Shown: positions 56,988-64,000 of the stretch, piece after piece
How the letters are laid out: each line of letters starts with the position of its first letter
Numbering within the stretch: the stretch's first letter is position 1
Source: Fidelibacterota bacterium
GTDB lineage: Bacteria > Fidelibacterota > UBA8477 > JABMPR01
NCBI GenBank assembly: GCA_021734255.1
Contig: JAIPJM010000003.1
Location: 61,517-125,516, forward strand
Direction of reading: 5' to 3'
DNA length: 64,000 bases
Notes under the pieces: model-generated
What the model saw: only the letters and a program-made list of their open reading frames with translations
Databases searched by the model: none
Told to the model about the DNA's origin: nothing
Program-made: the position numbers and the translations under genes

Positions 56988-59372
56988 TTAAATCTTTATC
57001 CTGATCTCGCCGTACAGGTTGATACCCTGGTCGTATACCAATCCCTTATAACGACTAAGGTGGCTATAGTACTGGGCATTTAAAACATTATCAACCCCCA
57101 TGGACATATCCAAAAAACTGGTACCAAAGGGTAGTTTTGCATGGGCAGCAAGGTTGAGAAGCGTATAGCCTTCAGGTTCTACGAAAAGTATTCCACCATC
57201 CCCATCATCGATCATATTTTCATATTCTGCCAGATTTTCCTGTGGAAAATAATATTCACCTGATAGCTCAAGTGAGATCTTGCGAAAGATGGATAGTTTG
57301 TCCAGTTCAAATGACAGACCACTGAGAATCCTGGGTGGGTTAATGGCAGGAAGATTAGTTTCAACTTTCCCATCCTGGTCAGCATCGATGGTCGCCTCCA
57401 GATATTCACCCCACATGATGTCCCAACCAACATTGGCGCGCATATGTCCGCCGACAGTATGCTCTAAGCGCATCTCGCTGCCATAGGTTCTGGCATTTCC
57501 CTGAGTGATCTGGTAAACAGGAATACCTGTCTGATCATCCCGTGTACCAGTCGGTGCGCTGGTGATGTAGTCGGTCAAATGATTATAGAAAAATGTGAAC
57601 TCACCACTGTGTGATCCTGCTACATGCCGCAGGATCAGATCAGTATTGATCGAGCTTTCTGCCGCCAGTACAGCATCACCTCTCTCGATCTTCCAATCAC
57701 CATGATGGACACCATTAATATAAAGCTCGTAGGGATTTGGTGGACGCCACCCTGTCCCTATGTTGAGGGCCAATGAATACGGAGCTTCCACCCGGTGCCA
57801 CACCAACCCCACACCACCGCTGGTGACGGGGAAGTAGTTCCTGCTCACATCCTCACTCACATTGATCATGGGGAAGGTAGACGTTTGAATATCGTAAGTA
57901 TGAGCATCAACACGAAGTCCTCCTGAGAATGTCAAATCCCACCATTTCCAGCGATAATAACTGTAAGCGCCCAGAGCCAGTAGGTTGTAGTTTGGCAGGA
58001 GCCGTTCTTGACCGATCGAATGACTCAATTTGTTCATATAGCTGAGACCGATGGTCCCAGGCAACTTATCCTGCACAATGTGCCGCCAACGAATGTTGGC
58101 AGAGTAGGTGTCCGTTGTTATATCAACAGCAGGGGTCTCGTTTTCCACTCCACCCTCTCGATGATTATGCTGAACACCGGCATCATACTCCAGCCAGCTG
58201 TGTTCCAGCATCCATTTCCCTTTAATGGTCAGATTATCATTTACTGTGGGTGAGATAATTTTTCCCAAGACATGAAACCAAGAGTCTGTTCCCTCTGGAC
58301 CCCCGCCAGTATTGTGCCAGTGTCCTTCCCCGATCAAGGTCTGCTCTTCCTGGTAATACCCTCCAAGAAGTTCTAGTTTGCTGGAATGGAATTTTTTTGC
58401 CCAATGCAAGCTAGCGCTCTGTTGCTGGAACGCTGTCCCCGGGACCCGGGACAAAAATTCATCATCACCTGGAGCGGCATAGTCATCACTCCAGCGCCCC
58501 TGAAAGTTTACATGCATCGCCGTCGTTTGCCCGGCTTTCTGTATACCAAAACCACCGATCAGTTGTTGAGAATTTGCATGAAACCCTGCTCTACTGGCGA
58601 GTTGAAACTTTTGACCTCCTTCGTCCAGTGTCTGCAGAGCAGGTGATTCCAGATGAACGACACCACCCAACGCATCTGATCCATAGATCAGCCCCATGGG
58701 GCCGCGGACAACTTCAATGCGCCCAACGCTTAACACATCTGCCTCAGGTGTATGATGGCCACCCCATTGTTGACCTTCCATGCGAATGCCGTCTTTCAGG
58801 ATTACGATCCTTTGATTACTCATTCCACGAATAATGGGTTTCGTAATTGCATGCCCCTGGGAGACCACCTGTACGCCAGCAATGTTGCCAATAGTACTAC
58901 TCAGGGATTGGCCAGCATGACGCTGGAGGTTTTCACCCTCCAGGACAGAGACCGTTCTTTCAGAGTGCAGCACATCTGTGGGCAGGCCTGTGACAGAAAC
59001 TGTGACGACGGATCCCTCAAGAATTGTATGCTCTAGCACCACCCTGGTTACTTCCCCAGGTGGTTGTGGAATGACAATGCGAACTGATTTCATGACATAC
59101 CCGATGACACTGATATTCACTTCAAAGTCACCGGACGGCAGATGATCCAGGCGAACATGCCCAGTTTCATCACTGACGGTACCCCTGTTCAGCTCATTCA
59201 CCACCACATTGGCATATGGAACAGGCTGGCCGTGTTCATCAACAATATGGGACCGCCAACTGAAATGTTCTACCCTGTCTTCCTCAGCAAACAAGAGAGA
59301 GAAGCTGAGAAAGAGGAAAACGACCAGATACTGCTGGACAGACCTAATGATCATGATCCTCATTTTGTTCAA
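56988..59372 (-). CDS. TonB-dependent receptor with N-terminal carboxypeptidase-regulatory-like domain
   Basis: Signal peptide, CarbopepD_reg-like segment, plug (IVILKDGI...), long beta-barrel. Confidence 0.85.
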   Translation of the reverse strand: MNKMRIMIIRSVQQYLVVFLFLSFSLLFAEEDRVEHFSWRSHIVDEHGQPVPYANVVVNELNRGTVSDETGHVRLDHLPSGDFEVNISVIGYVMKSVRIVIPQPPGEVTRVVLEHTILEGSVVTVSVTGLPTDVLHSERTVSVLEGENLQRHAGQSLSSTIGNIAGVQVVSQGHAITKPIIRGMSNQRIVILKDGIRMEGQQWGGHHTPEADVLSVGRIEVVRGPMGLIYGSDALGGVVHLESPALQTLDEGGQKFQLASRAGFHANSQQLIGGFGIQKAGQTTAMHVNFQGRWSDDYAAPGDDEFLSRVPGTAFQQQSASLHWAKKFHSSKLELLGGYYQEEQTLIGEGHWHNTGGGPEGTDSWFHVLGKIISPTVNDNLTIKGKWMLEHSWLEYDAGVQHNHREGGVENETPAVDITTDTYSANIRWRHIVQDKLPGTIGLSYMNKLSHSIGQERLLPNYNLLALGAYSYYRWKWWDLTFSGGLRVDAHTYDIQTSTFPMINVSEDVSRNYFPVTSGGVGLVWHRVEAPYSLALNIGTGWRPPNPYELYINGVHHGDWKIERGDAVLAAESSINTDLILRHVAGSHSGEFTFFYNHLTDYITSAPTGTRDDQTGIPVYQITQGNARTYGSEMRLEHTVGGHMRANVGWDIMWGEYLEATIDADQDGKVETNLPAINPPRILSGLSFELDKLSIFRKISLELSGEYYFPQENLAEYENMIDDGDGGILFVEPEGYTLLNLAAHAKLPFGTSFLDMSMGVDNVLNAQYYSHLSRYKGLVYDQGINLYGEIRIKI

Positions 59373-59901
59373 TTGACATGGGAAAGAGTATCCCGATCAC
59401 GGACTCAGAGCTGTTTTCAAATGCAAGTAGATATGTATTCTCTACTTCGAGATGAAAGACCGCCTTGAAGGCTATAGTGGCACAATCATCAGAGCGACCA
59501 TAGACCGCTTCTGGCTGAACAATTGTGGAATCACCCCCATTTAGCAGGGTTACATCTGCGGAATGGTCCAAATAGAGTAAATAATCGCCCTCATCACCAA
59601 TAGGTTTGTAGGGGATGTATCCTGCGTAACTATTCCCCGAAGTGGTTGTAAGTTCAACATCATAGCGAGTGTGCAACTGAGCTTGGACCCGGTAGCTATC
59701 GACTATGATCAGGCTGTCTAGCGCTGCTTGAAAATAAGGACTAGCCTGGAGGGCGATAGATGGCCCATAGGTCAGGTGCTCACAAACATGGGCATCCTGA
59801 CTTTCTTCTTCCTCTTCATTTTGGACACATCCGGAAACAGCAAATACGAGGACTATGATAACCCCTGTCAAAATATGTAATTTTTTAATGTGTAGCATGT
59901 T
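59344..59901 (-). CDS. Hypothetical lipoprotein encoded upstream of the TonB-dependent receptor (start MLHIKK)
   Basis: Lipobox VSGC. Acidic stretch. No recognisable family. Confidence 0.4.
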   Translation of the reverse strand, partial: NMLHIKKLHILTGVIIVLVFAVSGCVQNEEEEESQDAHVCEHLTYGPSIALQASPYFQAALDSLIIVDSYRVQAQLHTRYDVELTTTSGNSYAGYIPYKPIGDEGDYLLYLDHSADVTLLNGGDSTIVQPEAVYGRSDDCATIAFKAVFHLEVENTYLLAFENSSESVIGILFPMSIEQNEDHDH

Positions 59902-59961
59902 TACTCCCGTTAATTGGATTACACCTGAGGTCTCAGGTGATAACATTTCTGTCTTTTAAGA

Positions 59962-60279
59962 TTACAGAGAAGCGGGAGGTGGGAGATTGAGCAGATCAGG
60001 CGATAGGATCTGCCTGAATACTGTCTTTGTCTCTTGTAGAACAGGAGTCGATTGTGACACATTCACAATAATTGTAGGCACACCTAGAATCGCAATTAAG
60101 AGGAAGCTGGCAGGGATAATATTGTGCCACTTGCAGGATTGCTCATCCTGGAAAGAATGATGATGGAAAGCCTGCATGAGAATCAGGGATGTGATCAAAA
60201 GAATACCAGCGAGAGCGGATATTCGAATCAGGTTAAGTATGTCATTCCTCTGTTGCATGGCGACAAGATTAAAACCCAT
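59962..60279 (-). CDS. Small hypothetical membrane protein (105 aa)
   Basis: Two predicted TM helices. ORF only. Confidence 0.3.
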   Translation of the reverse strand: MGFNLVAMQQRNDILNLIRISALAGILLITSLILMQAFHHHSFQDEQSCKWHNIIPASFLLIAILGVPTIIVNVSQSTPVLQETKTVFRQILSPDLLNLPPPASL

Positions 60280-60437
60280 CTCTGTTTAATACAAATAGAA
60301 ATAATTACTATTTATGTAACAAAGACAAACAGGTCACCGTAAAGTGACCTTAGTAATGTGGTCGATGTAGGATTGGTGTTCGCTCCGCTCCACCGTCTCC
60401 GCCACGTTGATACGTGGCTCCGGCTCGAACCTACTAT

Positions 60438-60471
60438 GATAAAAAGAAAAGAGGTCTCGCACAGAGACCTC
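60438..60471 (-). terminator. Rho-independent terminator downstream of tRNA-Val (gaggtctctgtgcgagacctcttttctttttatc on minus strand)
   Basis: Perfect 8-bp stem plus T-rich tail. Confidence 0.6.
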
Positions 60472-60475
60472 CAAA

Positions 60476-60552
60476 TGGTGGTCGATACTGGATTCGAACC
60501 AGTGACCTCCCGGATGTGAACCGGACGCTCTAACCAGCTGAGCCAATCGACC
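60476..60552 (-). tRNA. tRNA-Val (anticodon CAC), CCA encoded
   Basis: Minus-strand GGTCGATTGGCTCAGCTGGTTAGAGCGTCCGGTTCACATCCGGGAGGTCACTGGTTCGAATCCAGTATCGACCACCA. Cloverleaf arms and the anticodon loop TTCACAT give anticodon CAC. Confidence 0.85.
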
Positions 60553-60567
60553 AAAAATATAACTTAA

Positions 60568-60594
60568 CAACGAATCCAACGAATTTAACGAATT
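60568..60594. repeat. Three tandem 9-bp repeats (c/t)AACGAAT(c/t) immediately upstream of tRNA-Val. Inverted ttcgt copies at 60625-60650.
   Basis: Seen directly. Likely promoter-proximal protein-binding motifs. Confidence 0.4.
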
Positions 60595-60783
60595 GTATGT
60601 ATTGATCATCATTAATTCAATTTCGTGGTTTTCGTCCAATTCATTGTGAAAAAACATCAATCCGGACCAACTGCCTGTCCCAGCGTAGTCTCGAGCTTGG
60701 CGAGGGACGAAGCGGGAAGCCAATCGACCAATTTTCAATAATGTGTCCTGTCCATGTTAAAAATACAACATGAAAACCAGAAT

Positions 60784-61383
60784 TTACAATAACTCCATCC
60801 AGGCTGTCCGGATCATCTCAATGGCCAGGGCAACCAACAAGAGGCCCATGATCCTGCTCATGATCTCCAGGCCCTGTTCTCCCAGGGCTTTGTTGATGTG
60901 GCGTGCGTAATACATGGCAACCCAAAAAATAACTAGATTGGCGATCATAGCCACGTAGGGCACCAGAATACCATATTGCGCCACCAAGAGAATGATCGCT
61001 GTGATGGCACCAGGACCGGCGATGAGTGGTGTCGCCATAGGAACGACGATATCCTTCTCATAATTGACATCTTCATGCTGATTGATATTCAAAACATACA
61101 TCAAACCGATGATAAGCAGGATCAGTCCACCACCTACCTGGAATGAAAAAAGTGATATGCTGAAAAAATCTAGAACACCCTTGCCAACAAAAACAAAGAC
61201 AGTGAGCAGGAGGAAGGAAACCCTGATGGCTCGGTGGGCACTCTTCTGTTGCCGTTCAGGTGAGTAATCCTTGGTCAAGGTCATGAACACAGGTAATCCA
61301 CCGAAGGGGTCCATAATGACCAGCAGGGTGACAAATGAATGCATGAATGCGCTGAGATCCATCAGGCTTCCCTGCCTTGCCAC
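60784..61383 (-). CDS. marC: MarC family (UPF0056) membrane protein
   Basis: 199 aa, 6 TM helices. MarC-like pattern. Confidence 0.75.
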   Translation of the reverse strand: MARQGSLMDLSAFMHSFVTLLVIMDPFGGLPVFMTLTKDYSPERQQKSAHRAIRVSFLLLTVFVFVGKGVLDFFSISLFSFQVGGGLILLIIGLMYVLNINQHEDVNYEKDIVVPMATPLIAGPGAITAIILLVAQYGILVPYVAMIANLVIFWVAMYYARHINKALGEQGLEIMSRIMGLLLVALAIEMIRTAWMELL

Positions 61384-62480
61384 GCTTTATTGATTGCCTC
61401 AACTGCCAGTCTTACCATGACCGTCGGAATGCCTGAACGAATATCGTGTTGACCCAGCTTGCTCAATAGCACCCAGTGTAACTCTGAATGGGCCACCTTC
61501 TTATCCAGGTGTGTGATCGCCTCAATTTCTGCTGGATCAAGTTCACCTGGGGGTGTTTTCAATGGAATATGTCTAAGGTTGTCAGCCAAAACCTGCCATT
61601 CAGCATCGGGTAGATCTCCGGCCTGGTTGGAGAGCCAGCCGGCACCATACATCCCCAGAATGACAGCTTCCCCATGCCTGATCTTGCCATACCCCAGCTT
61701 TGCTTCGATGGCATGACCCAGGGTGTGTCCAAAATTCAGGATACGGCGGAGACCTGCTTCTTTTTCATCAGCCTCAACCACCTCAGCCTTGAGTTCACAA
61801 CTCTTTGAGATCGCCTGGATGAGTTTATCGTTTGGCTCAGACGCAAGCAGCTCATGCATATTTTCTGTGAGAAAATTAAAATAGTCCAGATCACAGACAG
61901 CACCCATCTTAAACATTTCAGCATAACCCGAGATCCTGTCCCGCTCATCAAGGCTGGCAAGGGAATGCACATCCATAAGGACCAGGTCAGGTTGATAAAA
62001 ACTGCCGATGAGATTCTTCCCACTCTTGTGGTTAACACCCGTTTTACCACCGACGGCTGCATCCACCATGGATAACAGAGTTGTCGGGATATGGACCAGC
62101 TTAATACCTCGAAAGAGAATGGCAGCGACAAAGCCCCCCAGGTCCGTGGTCACGCCACCACCCAGGGTGACAATGGTACCCGTCCGTTCCATTCCCTGTG
62201 CGATGAGGGCATCCATGACCTGCTCCACGGTTGCCAGGTTCTTGTATGCCTCACCCTCAGGAATAAGAATGGTCCGCGTAACGAAACCTGCAGCTTGCAG
62301 TGAATCTCTCAGGAGGGTCCCATATAATTCATTCACCGTATTGTTGGAGATGATGCCAATCGGTCCTGCCGCTTCGATCGCTTTCAAATGCTCAGCGGCA
62401 TTGCTTATGAGCTCCCCTCCGATCAGACATTCATATTGACCGATTTCGTGCTTGATCTTTATTCGAGTTGTTTCAGACAT
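61362..62480 (-). CDS. aroB: 3-dehydroquinate synthase
   Basis: GGGVTTDLGGFVAA, NFGHTLGHAIE. Confidence 0.9.
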   Translation of the reverse strand: MSETTRIKIKHEIGQYECLIGGELISNAAEHLKAIEAAGPIGIISNNTVNELYGTLLRDSLQAAGFVTRTILIPEGEAYKNLATVEQVMDALIAQGMERTGTIVTLGGGVTTDLGGFVAAILFRGIKLVHIPTTLLSMVDAAVGGKTGVNHKSGKNLIGSFYQPDLVLMDVHSLASLDERDRISGYAEMFKMGAVCDLDYFNFLTENMHELLASEPNDKLIQAISKSCELKAEVVEADEKEAGLRRILNFGHTLGHAIEAKLGYGKIRHGEAVILGMYGAGWLSNQAGDLPDAEWQVLADNLRHIPLKTPPGELDPAEIEAITHLDKKVAHSELHWVLLSKLGQHDIRSGIPTVMVRLAVEAINKAWQGREA

Positions 62481-62994
62481 GCCGTATGCTTAACTCCTTC
62501 ATGACCTGATCTACAATTGTATCAGGTGATTTTTCACCAACATTTATCTGCAGTGTTGATGCTCTGGCATAGGCTTCCTGTCTAGCTTCAAGAATATTGC
62601 CTAATTTCTGTAAGGTATCTTTACACCTACTGAGAAGTGGTCGATCAGTGGCATATTCCAGACGAGCGGCTGCTTCTTCCGGTGACAGTACCAGCCAGAT
62701 CGTGCTTTGCTCTTTCAGAAACTCAAGATTTTCTGTGCTTGTGACAACGCCGCCACCACAGGCAATGATGGTATTCTGAAGCATTTCCGTTCTCAGCAAA
62801 GTAGCTGATTCCATTTGTCTAAAGACCGCTTCGCCGGATTCAGAAAAGATCTGGGCAATGGTTTGATCACTTTCCCTCTCTATTTCCTCATCCAGATCCT
62901 GAAAATGCCAGTCTAATTTTTGGGCGAGTAATTTTCCAACGGTGCTTTTTCCAGCCCCCATGAGCCCAATCAGATAAATATTCTTCTTGATCAT
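62473..62994 (-). CDS. aroK: Shikimate kinase
   Basis: P-loop GLMGAGKSTVGKLLA...DLD. Confidence 0.85.
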   Translation of the reverse strand: MIKKNIYLIGLMGAGKSTVGKLLAQKLDWHFQDLDEEIERESDQTIAQIFSESGEAVFRQMESATLLRTEMLQNTIIACGGGVVTSTENLEFLKEQSTIWLVLSPEEAAARLEYATDRPLLSRCKDTLQKLGNILEARQEAYARASTLQINVGEKSPDTIVDQVMKELSIRHV

Positions 62995-63046
62995 TGCTAG
63001 TTTTCCTAAGACCGGGTCAAAATAGCATTCGGCTTAGCATGATGAA

Positions 63047-64000
63047 TCAGGCTCCCGTTGCCTTTATGTGGGCCTTGACCTGCTCCAGGGAATCCCCTCC
63101 AAATTTTTCGAGAACAGCATCGGCCAGCACAAGGGCCAGCATAGCCTCGCCTATGACCGCCGCTGCAGGAACAGCACAGGCATCCGTGCGCTCTTTATGG
63201 GCAGAGCCCGCTTCACCACTGGCAATATCAACAGAGCGCAAGGGTTTCGCCAGAGTCGGTATGGGCTTCATGCCAACCTGAACCTGAATAAGCTCTCCAT
63301 TGGACATACCACCTTCCACACCTCCGGCATGATTGGTTGCCCGCCTTACTTTTCCATGCTCTTTGATGATCTCATCATGAACCTTTGAACCCGGTGTATC
63401 AGCCATATCCAGACCATCACCAATGCTAACAGATTTCATAGCGTTTATGGACATCATGGCCGCAGAGATCCGGGTACTGAGCTTCCGATCCCAGTGGGTA
63501 TAGGAGCCTAAACCGGCGGGTACACCAGATGCTACAACCTCAAATACCCCACCAATTGAATCTCCGGCCTTTCGCAGAGCGTTGATGTGCTCGACCATCT
63601 TAGCTTCTGCCTGTTTGTCCAGGCAACGCACCGGTGATTCATCTGCTGCTCTATTTATCGATCTCAAATCACTGGCCGGTGTAGCAGTCGACAGCTCTGG
63701 GCCGATCTGCTTCACATGACTTGCTATTTCAATGCCGAGCTCCCTCAGCAAGACCCTGCAGATGGCGCCCAGTCCAACGCGCATGGCCGTCTCTCTTGCA
63801 GATGAACGCTCCAACACGTTCCGAATATCCGAGAAACCAAATTTCTGTACGCCGGCAAGGTCTGCGTGGCCCGGTCTGGGTAAGGTGACCGGATCAACAG
63901 CGGTCTTGGGCTGTTCATGGGACATTCTGTCTTCTTTCCAGTTCTCCCAATCCTTATTCTGGATCCACAGGGCGATGGGAGATCCCAGGGTTTTACCATG
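63047..64000 (-). CDS. aroC: Chorismate synthase, 5' end beyond window
   Basis: RPGHAD, SSARETAMRV, GGRSSA-like blocks. Own translation shows the frame stays open upstream of the listed Met (...GKTLGSPIALWIQNKDWENWKEDRMSHEQ) to the window end. Confidence 0.9.
   Translation of the reverse strand, partial: HGKTLGSPIALWIQNKDWENWKEDRMSHEQPKTAVDPVTLPRPGHADLAGVQKFGFSDIRNVLERSSARETAMRVGLGAICRVLLRELGIEIASHVKQIGPELSTATPASDLRSINRAADESPVRCLDKQAEAKMVEHINALRKAGDSIGGVFEVVASGVPAGLGSYTHWDRKLSTRISAAMMSINAMKSVSIGDGLDMADTPGSKVHDEIIKEHGKVRRATNHAGGVEGGMSNGELIQVQVGMKPIPTLAKPLRSVDIASGEAGSAHKERTDACAVPAAAVIGEAMLALVLADAVLEKFGGDSLEQVKAHIKATGA

Noticed and set aside
60331-60350. Hairpin aggtcaccgtaaagtgacct as an additional terminator or riboregulator
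   Set aside because: No adjacent T-run on either strand and no coding partner. Too little evidence to call a feature.
60360-60440. Possible second tRNA gene or tRNA pseudogene next to tRNA-Val (TGGTCGAT…GGTTCGAGCC-like strings)
   Set aside because: No cloverleaf could be built by hand: no D-arm or anticodon stem, and only an 8-bp acceptor-like match. Recorded only as a repeat or scar in the findings.
1-64000. CRISPR arrays, IS elements or transposases, integrases, prophage genes, rRNA
   Set aside because: None seen. No regularly spaced direct repeats with unique spacers, no DDE or tyrosine recombinase-like ORFs, and no rRNA-like conserved stretches in this window.

Overview
This 64-kb window looks like a bacterial chromosome segment, about 50% GC. 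Likely FCB-group bacterium, given a PorV/PorQ-like outer-membrane protein and an S8 protease with a T9SS-type C-terminal domain. Gene density is high and TGA, TAA and TAG all serve as ordinary stops. Core genes include acnA, htpG, the aroC-aroK-aroB-marC cluster, tRNA-Val, a tonB-exbD-exbD-exbB operon, a ctp protease, lytS/lytT, tnaA and a TonB-dependent receptor. Two regions stand out.

(1) A minus-strand locus at 3.7-14.6 kb. It runs ArsR-family regulator, TusA, DsrE-like, a TusA-like gene interrupted by an in-frame TGA, a rhodanese plus persulfide-dioxygenase-like MBL fusion, a fused 4x[4Fe-4S]/NrfD-like membrane subunit, an 18-codon coupled uORF, a 953-aa molybdopterin oxidoreductase with no Tat signal, and two paralogous SLC13/DASS-like anion permeases separated by a tandem-USP protein. 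I read this as a cytoplasm-facing sulfur oxyanion oxidoreductase in the style of SoeABC (sulfite to sulfate), coupled to a persulfide relay and to anion transport. Its subunit fusion and transporter pairing are unusual.

(2) A plus-strand, tightly overlapping operon of about 13 kb at 23.2-36.8 kb. It encodes a ParB-like protein next to an SPL-family radical SAM protein, several GNATs, a DDAH-like enzyme and reductases. It also carries a glycyl-radical enzyme of the Cys-X-Glu eliminase type with its activase, followed by a MOSC protein and a DUF255 thioredoxin-like protein.

Other observations: MITE-like repeats flank a glpD-like gene; a GxxExxY gene is flanked by imperfect inverted repeats; repeats of the tRNA 5' end lie near tRNA-Val. 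Two genes run off the window edges and are missing from the ORF track: a penicillin-acylase-family gene at the left and aroC at the right. No CRISPR array, IS/transposase or rRNA was found.
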